A DNA stretch of 64,000 bases from NCBI RefSeq assembly GCF_006345805.1, contig NC_042998.1, positions 96,658,001 through 96,722,000 on the forward strand. Reading direction: 5' to 3'. Shown here in pieces: positions 13,435 to 40,379 of this stretch. Both the position numbers and the translations under genes were made by a program. Each line of letters begins with the position of its first letter. Position 1 is the stretch's first letter. Origin of the DNA: Octopus sinensis. Taxonomy: Eukaryota. Below the pieces are notes generated by a model that ran no database searches, had not been told where the DNA came from, and saw only the letters and a list, made by a program, of their open reading frames with translations.

Positions 13435-14405
13435 ATGTCTTTGTACAAGACATTGTAGATCTTTAGCTGGGCTAAAAAGTCACATTCGATCACAGCACTA
13501 GTAACAGTTAAGCTTCGTGCAATGACCATACTCGATAACGAGGGGGCAGCCATAATGTATGTATGTATGTATGTATGTATGTATGTATGTATGTATGTAT
13601 GTATGTTGTATGTATGTATGTATGTCTCTTCTATTTTTTAATTGTTATAAATCTTTCAATGAGGAGAGAGCCGGTTTCCAACAAATATACAAGGCTCCAT
13701 CTTTGAGATGTAGTTACCACAGATTCACATTTGGAACTTGAGAAAAGTCTTGCATATTTTTACTGTTCCACTCACAGATTGCACTTGTAATGTACGAATT
13801 AGCCGGTCGATTTCTCTTTCTGAAAATCCCAGTTTATCCAGATTCTTGTTTGTATGTATGTATGTATGTATGTATGTATGTATGTATGTATGTATGTATG
13901 TATGCATCTATGTATGTACCGTTGTTCTTCAGCAAGCTAACACATCCAGTATTGAAATGATCCTCATACGCAATCAGATGCGTTGGGTTGGGCACCTTGC
14001 TTGGATGCAGGATGACAAGTCGCCAAAGCAGTTGTTTTACGGGGAGTTGCAGCATGGCAAACCCCGAGACATAAACCTAAGAAACATTTTAGGGATGCTG
14101 TCAAAAGCAACCTTAAGACTCTTAATGTGAAAGTTGAAGACTGGGGGCAGATGACGCAAGATCAATTGGTTTGGAAACAAATGATCTACAATAGATGTAA
14201 AGCATTTTAAGTTCGAAGAATTGAACAATCTCTCTTGAAACGAGCACTTCGTAGACAGGACTTAACTACAATCCCAGACACTTTTCTGCTTTAAAATATT
14301 TGTAAGATCTGCAGGAGAGTTTGTTTGTCAAGAGCAGGACTTGCTAATCATATAAGATCTCTAACGGCTGGAGCTGCACAGTTAAGACAGAAGTAATCAC
14401 CTGGA
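13435..14405 (+). mobile_element. Two RTE LINE 3' fragments (13435-13555 and 13915-14405)
   Basis: RSLAGLKSHIRS 3' end; QMRWVGHLAWMQDDKSPKQLFYGEL homologous to the 3' part of 8872-10682. Confidence 0.8.
13628..13851 (-). mobile_element. 3' end of an RLE-type (restriction-like endonuclease) LINE
   Basis: Minus strand encodes [38 protein letters not shown], followed by a short 3' UTR ending ...ttaaaaaatagaagaga. A second copy of the family lies at 51265-51398. Confidence 0.7.
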
Positions 14406-14559
14406 GCCGGGCTGAGCCTACAACTTGAATAAAATTCTCTTTATTCGTAAAATTAACTCGCAGATTGTTGTAGTTATCAAGTACAACACAATCAACAAAT
14501 TCCCGAAACATCATGATCAGTTATGAGAAACTAGGAAAGCAGTTCGATGACTCAAAACC

Positions 14560-14880
14560 ATAATTCCAAACACCACCAGATGACACAAGAACTAACAGCG
14601 ACAACAGAGAAATCAAAATATAAATCTGCAGATTATAAGCGGAAAACTCTGAATAGATTGTTTGGTAGAGAGCCCTATCAGTCCATTACAACTTCAACAA
14701 AAATAAAATATTAGTAAAAAGCATCTCATCAACAGAACAAATAGAAAGTTACTGGAGATTAATTTGGGAAAGGAACGATGGAGTCAATGAAAAAGCTGAC
14801 CGGATAGATGTGTTTGAATAGGGATACTGCAAACATGTAAAATAAAAACTTAACGAAATTAACAGTGCAGTTTGCTTTTA
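14560..14880 (+). mobile_element. Degraded R4-like LINE fragment (pre-RT region)
   Basis: Frame fragments such as STEQIESYWRLIWERNDGVNEKADRI resemble the P..E.E.FW..IW segment of R4/Dong ORFs; many stops. Confidence 0.35.
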
Positions 14881-15234
14881 AAGGTCTGACTTTAAAGTTA
14901 ATATTTTGAATCTGCAGCACCATATCTTCCCACACTACTGAAGGATGGATGGATGGATATACGTAGGTAGGTAGACAAGTAGGAAAATAGGCATGGATGT
15001 ATGTATGTATGTATGTATGTTGGTAGGTATGTAGGTAGGTAGGTTGGTAGGTAGGTAGGTAGGTAGGTAGGTAGGTAGATAGGTAGGTAGGTAGGCAGGC
15101 AGGCAGGTAGGTAGGTAGGTAGGTGTGGATGCCTTAATTTTTTGAATTTAGTAAAGGTGATACAAATATTTGTTTAAGAAACAAAACTCCATGTATAGAA
15201 CACCTGTATAGAATCACCGACAAATATTCTCCAA

Positions 15235-15695
15235 TGCGCAGGAGTGGCTGTGTGGTAAGTAGCCTGCTTACCAACGACATGGTTCCGGGTTCAGTCCCAC
15301 TGCGTGGCACCTTCGGCAAGTGTCTTCTACTATAGCCGACCAAAGCCTCGTGAGTGGATTTGGTAGACGAAAACTGAAAAAAGCCCGTCGTATATATATA
15401 TATATGTATATGTATATATGCATGTATGTATGTATGTATGTATGTATGTATGTATGTATGTATGTATGTATGTATGTATGTATGTATGTATGTATGTATG
15501 GGTGAGTTGTGTATCTGTGTTTGTCCCCCAACATCGCTTGACAACCGATGCTGGTGGGCTTAGGTCCCCGTAACGTAGCGGTTTGGCAAAAGAGACCGAT
15601 AGAATAAGTCCTGGGGTCGATTTGGTTCGATTAAAGGCGGTGTTTCAGCATGACCGCAGTCAAATGACTGAAACAAGTAAAAGAAAAAAGAAGAA
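15235..15695 (+). mobile_element. SINE family A, full copy
   Basis: Same consensus as 11480-11868, with a (TATG)n expansion in the middle. Confidence 0.9.
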
Positions 15696-15983
15696 AAGAA
15701 AATGCCTTTTAAGACGCGCATATGAGTCCGTATTTTTTTATCGTTTTCTTTTTACCTTTTCCATTCACTGGATTGCGACCATACTGGAGCACCGCCTTGA
15801 CAGGAATAGCCAAATAAGTCGACAGTGGTACTTACTTTTTAAGCCTTGTATTTATTCTATTGAACTATTTTGCCGAACTGCTAGGTTACAGGCGCGTAAA
15901 CAAACCAGTGCCAATTGTCAAGCGGTGCGGAGTGGCAAAAAACAATATAAACATCTACACAAAGCTACACACACGCACAAATA

Positions 15984-16063
<80 letters not shown>

Positions 16064-16317
16064 CAGAGAGAGAGAGAATAGTATATATATCTGTATATAT
16101 ATATATATTCAAATAGATTTTATTTGTTTCAGTCATCTAGCTGCGGCTATGATGGAGCACCGCCTTTAGTCGAGCAAATCGACCCCAAGAACTTATTTTT
16201 GTAAGCCAAGTACTTATTCTATCGTTCTCTTTTGCCAGACCGCTAAGTTACGGGGACATAAACACTCCAGCATCGGTTGTCAAACGATGTTGGTGGGGAC
16301 AAACACACAAACATACC

Positions 16318-16372
<55 letters not shown>

Positions 16373-16424
16373 TATATGAAAAAACAAGTCAAAATAGAAA
16401 ATGCTAAAATAATTTTATAAAGAA

Positions 16425-16472
16425 CATTTCAGTACCGGTTTCGGTCATTTTGAGACCTTTTCAACTGTAACG
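16425..16472 (-). ncRNA. Minimal (dimer-type) hammerhead ribozyme with U3-A8 core variant
   Basis: RNA: CGUUACAG-UUGAAAA-GGUC(UCAAAAU)GACC-GAA-ACCGGU-A-CUGAAAUG. Stem I has 7 of 8 pairs, stem II is a perfect 4 bp, stem III is the palindrome ACCGGU, and the cleavage triplet is GUA. PLE pseudo-LTRs are known to carry minimal hammerheads. Confidence 0.78.
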
Positions 16473-17860
16473 ATTAAATAATTAAATTTAGAAAAATTAG
16501 AAGAAAAGTTTTTTTAAAGGAATATTTGTATAGTGTTCAAATATAAGTGGCATTCTGCCTTTCTCTGTCTCCCTTGTTTGCACTTGTGTGTTCGAGGTCG
16601 TTGTGAATTCTTGGTAGGGTAGAAGAAGAAGGAGGCTGATGAGGAGAGGGGGTGGGAAAATCTGGGAGTGCCCTGATGGTCGTATTTTGAATGGTCAGTG
16701 GCGGCTAGCAGTCGCAGTTCAATTCAGGAGAATATTTCTATTGAAAGGTTTGTTTATGGAATTTGCGTAGGTGTTATACTAAAAAGCATTAGTGATAAAG
16801 TTAAGAGGTAGAAGGTGGAGAAGAAGAAGAAGAAGAAGAAGAAGAAGAAGAAGAAGAAGGAGGAGGAGAAGATGATGATGATGGTGATGATGATGACGTT
16901 GATGATGATGATGAAGAAGAAGAGGAAGAAGAAGAAAAAAGAGAAGGGAGAATATGAATGGGTGAAAGTAGTGAGGTGTTGTATGACTTGAAGTTGGCAT
17001 GTTATGGATTATAGCTGTGATTGGGGCTGATTTGTAATGGATTCTTTGGAATATAATATTTGTGTGTGTATTTCTTTTATTCTAAAGTTGAGGTATATTA
17101 ATCGTTTGTCGTAGATCCGTTAAGAAGTGGCCTGTATTTTGTAATAAAGAGAGTTTCTTTACTTATTCGTTGTCTCGAGGTTGTATCGTCCCTAAATTGG
17201 TAGAGGGGGAAAATCCTGAAGCCTGGTGTTTTGTTGTTGGCGCAAGTATCTATGTGTTGGCTGAAAGCTATTTATTTTTCTGTTTTGGGGAATTTTTATC
17301 TGGGATCTGTGCAGGGCCATTCTTTTACGCAAACTATTTTTTGTTTGGCCTATGTACTGCTCTTGACACCCGGAGCAGGTTAGTGAGTATATTAGGTTCT
17401 CCGAAGCACATGTGAAGTTGCTTTTCACTGTAAACCGTTGTCCTTGTTTGAAGGAGAACTCTGATCCCTCAATTAGATAATCGCATATCCCGCAATTGGG
17501 TCTTCCACATTTTTTTACTGTCGGCTTCTATGTTGAAGAGTGAATTCGGGCTTGTGTTAGGAGTCTTTTCATAGATTTAGGCTGTCTCTTGCTTTTTATG
17601 ATCGTGTGTTTGGAGGATTGTGTTCATTCTGTGGTCTTTTTTTAGGAGGGGTATGTTGTGGAGGATGGTGCCGAAGGCTTCGTTATTGAGAGGGTTGTGT
17701 GTGGAGATGTATGGTAAGGCTTTTGGTCGTAAGGACCTCGAACACACAAGTGCAAACAAGGGAGACAGAGAAAGGCAGAATGCCACTTATATTTGAACAC
17801 TATACAAATATTCCTTTAAAAAAACTTTTCTTCTAATTTTTCTAAATTTAATTATTTAAT

Positions 17861-17908
17861 CGTTACAGTTGGAAAGGTCTCAAAATGACCGAAACCGGTA
17901 CTGAAATG
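17861..17908 (+). ncRNA. Second copy of the hammerhead in the inverted pseudo-LTR, with A6G core mutation (likely inactive)
   Basis: Identical to 16425-16472 except core UUGGAAA (G at 17872). Confidence 0.65.
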
Positions 17909-18048
17909 TTCTTTATAAAATTATTTTAGCATTTTCTATTTTGACTTGTTTTTTCATATATATCAACTCGTGTGTTCCTTTTCAGCCTTATACATACATA
18001 TATATATATATATATAATATATATATATATAATATATATATATATATA

Positions 18049-18228
18049 CAAAATTTAGAGGACTGACCACTAAAAGTGGACAGCCTATATGCTAGATATA
18101 GACGTCAAAATCGCCATTTTCCACGAAGAATGTGTTCTCAAGAAAAAACTCAGCAAAAAAACAAAGTGTAAAAATAAGCAAGACAAATGAAAATATACGA
18201 AATGAAGTGGCCAGTCCTCTAAATTTTA
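18049..18228. mobile_element. 180-bp MITE with 23-bp TIRs and TA flanks (Tc1/mariner-type)
   Basis: TA-CAAAATTTAGAGGACTGACCACT ... AGTGGCCAGTCCTCTAAATTTTA-TA. Confidence 0.7.
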
Positions 18229-18350
18229 TAAGTAAAAAAAATTTTTAATCTTCGGATTTAAAAAAAAAATTATGCTAGGCCACTGGTTTTAATTGATTAA
18301 TATCAATTTCTACCCTTATTTAATTATACATACATACATACATACATACA

Positions 18351-18382
<32 letters not shown>

Positions 18383-20654
18383 CATACGACGGGTTTCTTT
18401 CAGTTTCTGTCTACCAAATCCACTCACAAGGCTTTGGCCGACCCGAGGCTATAGTAGAAGACACTTACCCAAGGTGCGTGGCACCTTGGGCAAGGTGAAC
18501 TCGGAACCGTGTGGTTGGGAAGCGAGCTGTTTATTTATTTATTTATTGTATTTATTTATTTATTTCCGTCAATCAAATTAAACTACAAGACATTGATCGG
18601 CCCGGTACTATAGTTGTAGAAGTGACTCACCCAAGGCGTCACGCAGTGGAACAGAACCCGAAACTTTCTCTTTTCAGCATACATAAAATAGATGAGAAAA
18701 ATTTCTTTCAACGGGGCTTCATTCAAGAGGATTCTTCGTTTAGCCGTTGAATTATCTCCCTTACATTTGAAGTAAGGGAGGCAATTCTTTCGTTTAATGC
18801 ATGAAAAAATATTTCTGAAATTTTCTTCTTTACACTTGAAAAACGCGATAAAATTTACTTCTCAGTGAATTTTGATGAACAAAAATATAGATTTTTAAAA
18901 ATAAATTAATTCTTGTTGGGAGACTAATATTGAAAATAAAACACTAGGAAGGCCGCGTTCTGCACGAAGAAAGCTGAAACAGAGCGGAAAGAAAAGGATG
19001 TACAAAATCTCGAAGAAACCAGTGAATAAATTTGAGAGAGAAATTACATTCTCAGTGATAACATAAAAGAGTGTTTTATCATGTATGAATTTGGTGTACA
19101 AATAAATGAGAATAACGTGCAGTTTCACAGGTTAAATTTATCGTACTTCATTAAAGTTTTCTCCATTTAAATCGCGCAGCTGCTGCCGCTATTATTGCTA
19201 TTTAGCGCAAGAACAACACTGACTGATCAAACCGTCTCTCGGGCATTGTTTGCCTACAACATTTAATATATTACTCTTTTCAAGACGGTGGCTTGTTATT
19301 TATAGCAGGGAGAACTTTGAATCGTCATAGTGATGTTGAAGACATTTCTTTAAACATGTCACTTGCTTCTTTTCCCAGGTGCACCCATGTTGAGCTTTCT
19401 GTTAGTCATAAGTCTTTTTATTCTTATAGCTTCTTTTCTTGAACTGCTATTCACTGGAACTTACTACCTTCATCTTGTCTTCCCCTGTTCTATAATATTG
19501 AGTCCTTTAAATTTTCTAGCCATCTGCTTCTTTTGAATTTGTACCCCCCACTTTTTTTTTTCTTTCTTTCTGGTCTCTTATGCTACAGTGGCCTCAAGCC
19601 TTGTTCGGTATAGTTACTTGTGTTAGCACCTCATGTTTTCACGTTAATTTCTCGCCATCAGAATATGCTCTCGTTATATATGAACCATATATCAACACAA
19701 AGTCCCAAGACTCTCAGTTGGTTTACTCATAGCTGCACTGCAGCTATTCAAACAAAAATACATAGATAACTATAAACGAATTTAAAACGACAGAAAAACT
19801 CACTCTCCCGCCAAAACTAGGCAGTGTTTACTCAATATCGCCAATTTTGTAAGACCACTTTCCAAAACGTGAAGTATATCTTCGTAAATCACGTACCTCT
19901 TAAGTTCTTAAGTTATTCTGCATCTGCAACTGCAGCCAATCCTTCCTGCTCCTCACCGAAAGGAGCTTATATAACTCAGCTTATATTCTTTTCCTACTCT
20001 TCTCAGCAATTATGGTTCTGTGAGCTGTATCCCTACGAAGAAGGACCTCACCTTCGTTGCCCCAACTCCACACTGCACACACACACACACACACAACACA
20101 CACACACACACATACACACACTGAGAATCATAGCACATCCTTAACATGGTTGCAATCATGTCTCAAACTCTTGCTTTTTTTTTTCCAAGACCAGAAAATA
20201 TTTAACATCGTTATATTTGGGGATGGTCATTTTTTCTTTTTCTTTTTTTTTTCAATAAAAACATTCACTAATTATTTGATCTTCACCTTTAAGTCTATTA
20301 TTACTATTATTATTAGTTTATTTGAAAGGGTTCTTTCATCACCCATTCCGTGTCCTCTTCAGTGACTGTCCTTCGTGCCTCCTCTTCTCTCTGGTCGTGT
20401 CCCGTCTATTCCGGAACAGAGAGGACAACACCAGAGAGAACTGGAGACACAGAGAAGAACAGATAGTCATTGAAGGGATCACAGAATGTCTGACTCTAAC
20501 AAATAAACTAATTATGATAATAATAATCCTTTCTACTAAAGGCACAAGGCCTGAAATTTGTGGATAGGGGACTAAGCGATTACATCGATCCCAGCACTCA
20601 GCTTTCGACCGCGAAAGGATGAAAGGCAAAGTCGACCTCGGCGGAATTTTAATG

Positions 20655-20690
<36 letters not shown>

Positions 20691-21035
20691 GGGTAGCACC
20701 ATAGCCATGTGTTGAAAGTAATTCTTAGAGGCTTGGATAATTCACTTCTGGAAACATGGGTGGTTCGTTCAACATCCTTAAATAATCCTTATTCAGGGAC
20801 CTCTTGAGCGGTATGGGCTACTCGACCAGAGGAAAATTCTAACTGGACCCCCACCTGCAAGGTCATGCGCTGTTTATCTTGATATGATATCACTGTGTCG
20901 CGCACATATGGTTGTCAGACGGGTAGTCATGATGGATATACTGGGCTTCGTATATTTTACCCCTGTGTCACTTTGATGGCATGCACTGCTCTCTCACTCA
21001 AGAAGAAGAAGAAGAAGAAGAAGAAGAAGAGAAAG

Positions 21036-21285
21036 AAAGAAACAATAAAAAGAGTGCGACTGTTATCGAATGAACAATGTTTCGACATCTCGTGTGTCTT
21101 CCAGAAGTTCAAAATAATCATCTCGATCGACTTCATGTTGGTAATATTTAAGGATTAATGTCACTCCTCTTAAATATTACCAAGATGAAGTCGATCGAGA
21201 TGATTATTTTGAACTTGTGGAAGACGCACGAGATGTCGAAATATTGTTCATTCGATAACAATCGCACTCTTCTTATTGTTTCTTT
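21036..21285. repeat. 250-bp palindrome (119-bp arms, 10-nt spacer) of a ~150-bp unit; third diverged copy at ~21870-22050
   Basis: The arms differ by 6 substitutions and one 2-nt indel. Confidence 0.92.
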
Positions 21286-21314
21286 ATTTTCTGGAGGAGT
21301 AACATCAATCCTTA

Positions 21315-21360
<46 letters not shown>

Positions 21361-21361
<1 letters not shown>

Positions 21362-21843
21362 ATGTACATTGTTTTGTCTTGGTATAAAAGATGGGCTACA
21401 GCAAATATTCTGCTCAATACCACAGATTTGCTTGTCAGTTGTTTGACCTTAACCAGTTGAGCATGTCCCTTAGTGGCTGACGATATGTGCATCTCTGATC
21501 ACGAGCAGAAGTAGTGGGGGAGCATCATAGCCATGTGTTGAGGGGGATTATTTGGAGTTTAAATGATTCACCTCTGGAAACATGGGTGTTTCATTTAACT
21601 TCCTTAAATAACCCTTATTCAGGGACCTTTTGAGTGGGATGGGTTACTCGACCAGAAGAAAATTCTAACTGGGCACCACCTGCAAGGTCATGTGCTGTTT
21701 ATTTTGATCACCATATCGCGCACATATGGTTGTGATGCATGTGCCTGGTGTACCCTTATCAGGCGGGTAGTCATTATGGGTATACTGGGCTTCGTATATT
21801 TTACCCCAGTGTCACTTTGATGGCATGCACTGCTCTCTCACTC
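21361..21843 (+). mobile_element. 483-bp non-autonomous retroposon-like element flanked by (AAT)n; truncated second copy at 20690-20999
   Basis: Two homologous copies share the same right end (...gcactgctctctcactc); the shorter copy is truncated on the left. Each sits in or next to (AAT)n, with (AAG)n on the right of the shorter copy. No tRNA head and no TIRs. Confidence 0.7.
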
Positions 21844-22309
21844 AATAATAATAATAATAATAATAATAAAAGAGTCAAAATTAAAAGAAGAGTGCCATTG
21901 TCATCTAGTGAACGATATTTCGACATCTTGTGTGTCTTCAACAGGTTCAAAAAATAATTTTGTCAATCTACTTCATTTTGGTTAATATATATATATAGGA
22001 TTGAGGTGACTCCTCCAGAAGATATAGAGTCAAAATTAAAAGAAGAGTGTCAATCACTATAGATACAATAAAGTAATATGTCTGTAAATTCAAGAAGAAA
22101 GAACAAACAGAAGTCCATAAGTTTTAGCCATCAACTAACTTTCGAACGGTTACAGTGAAATTAAGTCAGTTCGCACACCTATTTGCATATCGATCTTGAA
22201 AGACTCGTTGAAGACCTGATGACATTTTGAAATAAATGTATTTAATTCCTTTTTACTCGTATTTTTTAATTAAAATTTCGATTGTATTAAATTTATTTCA
22301 ACGCTTGTA

Positions 22310-22720
22310 TGGCTGAGTGGTAAGAAGTTCGTTTCCCAACCACATGGTTCCGGGTTCATTCCCACTGCGTGGCAACTTGGGTAAGTGTCTTCTACTATAG
22401 CTTCGGGTCGATCAAAGCCTTGCAAGTGGTTTTGGTAGACGGAAACTGAAAGAAGCTCCTCGCGTATATATATGTGTGTGTGTGTGAGAGAGTGTGTATA
22501 TATATGTGTGTGTGTGGCGCACGTGTATGTGTCTGTGTTTATCTCCTACCACCGCTTGATAACAGGTCTTGGTGTGTTTACGTCCCTGTAACTTAGCGGT
22601 TCGACAGAGTACAATAAATACCAGCCTAAAGAAATGAAACACGTACTAAGGTTGATTCATTCAACCAAAAATTCTTCAAGGCGGTGCCCCAGCAAGGCCA
22701 CAGTCTAATGAGCGAAACAT
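22310..22720 (+). mobile_element. SINE family A copy
   Basis: Same consensus, diverged. Confidence 0.85.
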
Positions 22721-22899
22721 CATATTTGTTTTAATGTTTGTTTTAAAGTCTCTTCTATCTTTTTTCAAATTCTTGCTTCGAAACATTGTAAAGCATAGTA
22801 TTACCTTTCAACTGCGTTTTTATTCCGTTGCTCTTGACTTCTGATATGACATGTTTTATAAAAGGTATAGGATTTTTTTTTTTAAATATATACACTCTG

Positions 22900-23190
22900 A
22901 AAATTGAATAGGCATAAATATAATTAGATTGATATATTTTTCACTAAACGCCACATAAAAATTTTATCGTTTAAAGTTCCTCCGAGAGAATAAATTCAGC
23001 TTTAAATTTTTATTGAAAATTTTACAATAATATTAATGTTAAAACTTTCTCGAACATTCCAGGAGATGTGGGTAACCAGCATTTTATAAATAAAAAATGG
23101 GCAAATGATATATAAAGTAGTCTCAATGTTTTAAATATATTCACACATAACAAGGATAAACGAAGTTACTATTGAGCATGTGTTTTATAT
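22900..23190 (-). pseudogene. Diverged tandem duplicate of the transporter terminal-exon end and 3' UTR
   Basis: 23141-23186 on minus reads KHMLNSNFVYPCYV* versus EQMITSSFVSPCYT* in exon 8; the downstream ~250 bp aligns with 23220-23463 (offset ~323 bp). No splice acceptor or upstream exon part. Confidence 0.75.
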
Positions 23191-23268
23191 ATATTAAAAA
23201 AAAAACTTTTGAAAATTGCATAGACATAAATATAATACATATATTTTTTTTAAATCTCACTTGAAAAT

Positions 23269-23274
23269 TTTATT
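23269..23274 (-). promoter_or_regulatory. Candidate polyadenylation signal (AATAAA) of the transporter
   Basis: AATAAA on the minus strand about 190 nt downstream of the stop codon; a second one lies near 23008-23013. Position-based inference only. Confidence 0.4.
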
Positions 23275-23463
23275 ACTATATTTTGAAAATTTCCTTTATC
23301 GGAATAACTTCAGCATAAAATTTTTACGGGAATTGGCACAGTATTGCTACTGTTAAGCTTCCTGAAATGTTCCCGGAATTGTGGGTAAAAATGATATTTT
23401 TAGTTTTAAAATAATGATGGATCATTAATGATATAAAAAAATATAGCCAATGTTTAAATAAGT

Positions 23464-39252
<15,789 letters not shown>

Positions 39253-39842
39253 CCCGTTTATGTTCCTTTATCTACGAAATGAAAATATATACAAATTGTT
39301 GTTTGCAAAGTTTACACTTTACAGCAAAACTTGGGATTATTTGCATTATTATTTTAGAATTTTTTTTTTTTAATGCTGTATTCACTTTATATATTCATTT
39401 CTCTCGGAGAAGACTGAAAACCTACTCACAGACAATAGAAGATAAACAAAGCAACACAATTCATTACAAACAAAAGGTGCCGCATTCAATGTAAATAGTT
39501 TATTCTTGCATGTGACTTTAATTGCTAACAACTAAAATGAGAAAAAGAAATAAAAAGCTTTCATTCGAAATATTAATGATGCACCCACACAAAGCTTCTG
39601 CCATTATAATATTTGATATAACCGAAATAATTGAGATTACATTTGTTTGAATACGATTTAGTAAAGCGTATGAAAAGTCCAGTTGGTTGAGTCTTCACAG
39701 AAACAAACTACTGGCTGACTAATTGCTTGTATTTCGTCATTAGTTCTTGCGTTATGTCAACAGCTAAGAATGTCAATAGCTAAGACGATTCTCAAAAAGA
39801 TCTGACGTCATATTTATACTTAACACATGGCATAGAATAGTG

Positions 39843-40150
39843 AAGGCGCGTGGCTCAGTGGTTGGGGTAGTCGGCTCACGATCGTAAGGTCGTGAGTTCG
39901 ATTCCCGGAGGCGTGTTGTGTCATTGAGAAAGACACTTTATTTCATATTGCTCCAATCCATTCAACTGACAGAAATGAGTTGTACCTGTAATTCAAAAAA
40001 CCAGCCTTGTCACACTGAATCTCCACAAGAACTACGTTAAGAGTTTGCGTGTCTGTGGAGTGCTCAGCCATTTGCGCATAATTTCATGAGTAGGCTGCTC
40101 CGTTAATCGGATTAACTGGAGCCCTCGTCGCCGTAACCGACGGAGTACCA
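39843..40150 (+). mobile_element. tRNA-derived SINE family C, intact reference copy
   Basis: GGCGCGTGGCTCAGTGGTTGGGG...GTGAGTTCGATTCCCGG head; body ...gagttgtacctgtaattcaaa...cgtcgccgtaaccgacggagt. Other copies: 13-215(+), 8118-8280(+), 11055-11300(+), 60572-60705(-, head half), 63417-63578(+, tail half). Confidence 0.85.
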
Positions 40151-40379
40151 GTGCAGAATAGCATACGGATCTGTTCCATCTCAATCACAGAACGCAGCTA
40201 GCTTTTTCGTTGTTGACGTATATGTAGTTTCAAAATGCCTTATTTTACAAGTATGAGATATATTGTTATTGTCATGATTTTATTTTACTATAATCAAAAA
40301 CAAACACATTTCGTCAATATAAAAGTCTTTACTAGATAAAAAAAATATTATCAAAACATGAAGGTAAAACAAAACAAAT

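Larger units (their letters stand above)
16371..17962 (-). mobile_element. Penelope-like element (5'-truncated, GIY-YIG endonuclease end) with inverted 229-bp pseudo-LTRs
   Basis: Minus-strand frame reads KKCGRPNCGIC...FTCASENLIYSLTCSGCQEQYIGQTKNSLRKRM...KETLFITKYRPLLN (linker Cys cluster plus GIY-YIG), with one TAG and frameshifts. 16371-16599 is the reverse complement of 17734-17962, with one mismatch that I could find. The element lies between (TA)n tracts. Confidence 0.93.

Noticed and set aside
17180-17735. Selenocysteine recoding in the Penelope ORF (as described for some Naiad PLEs)
   Set aside because: The Cys positions read TGT/TGC and the in-frame stop I found is TAG, not TGA.
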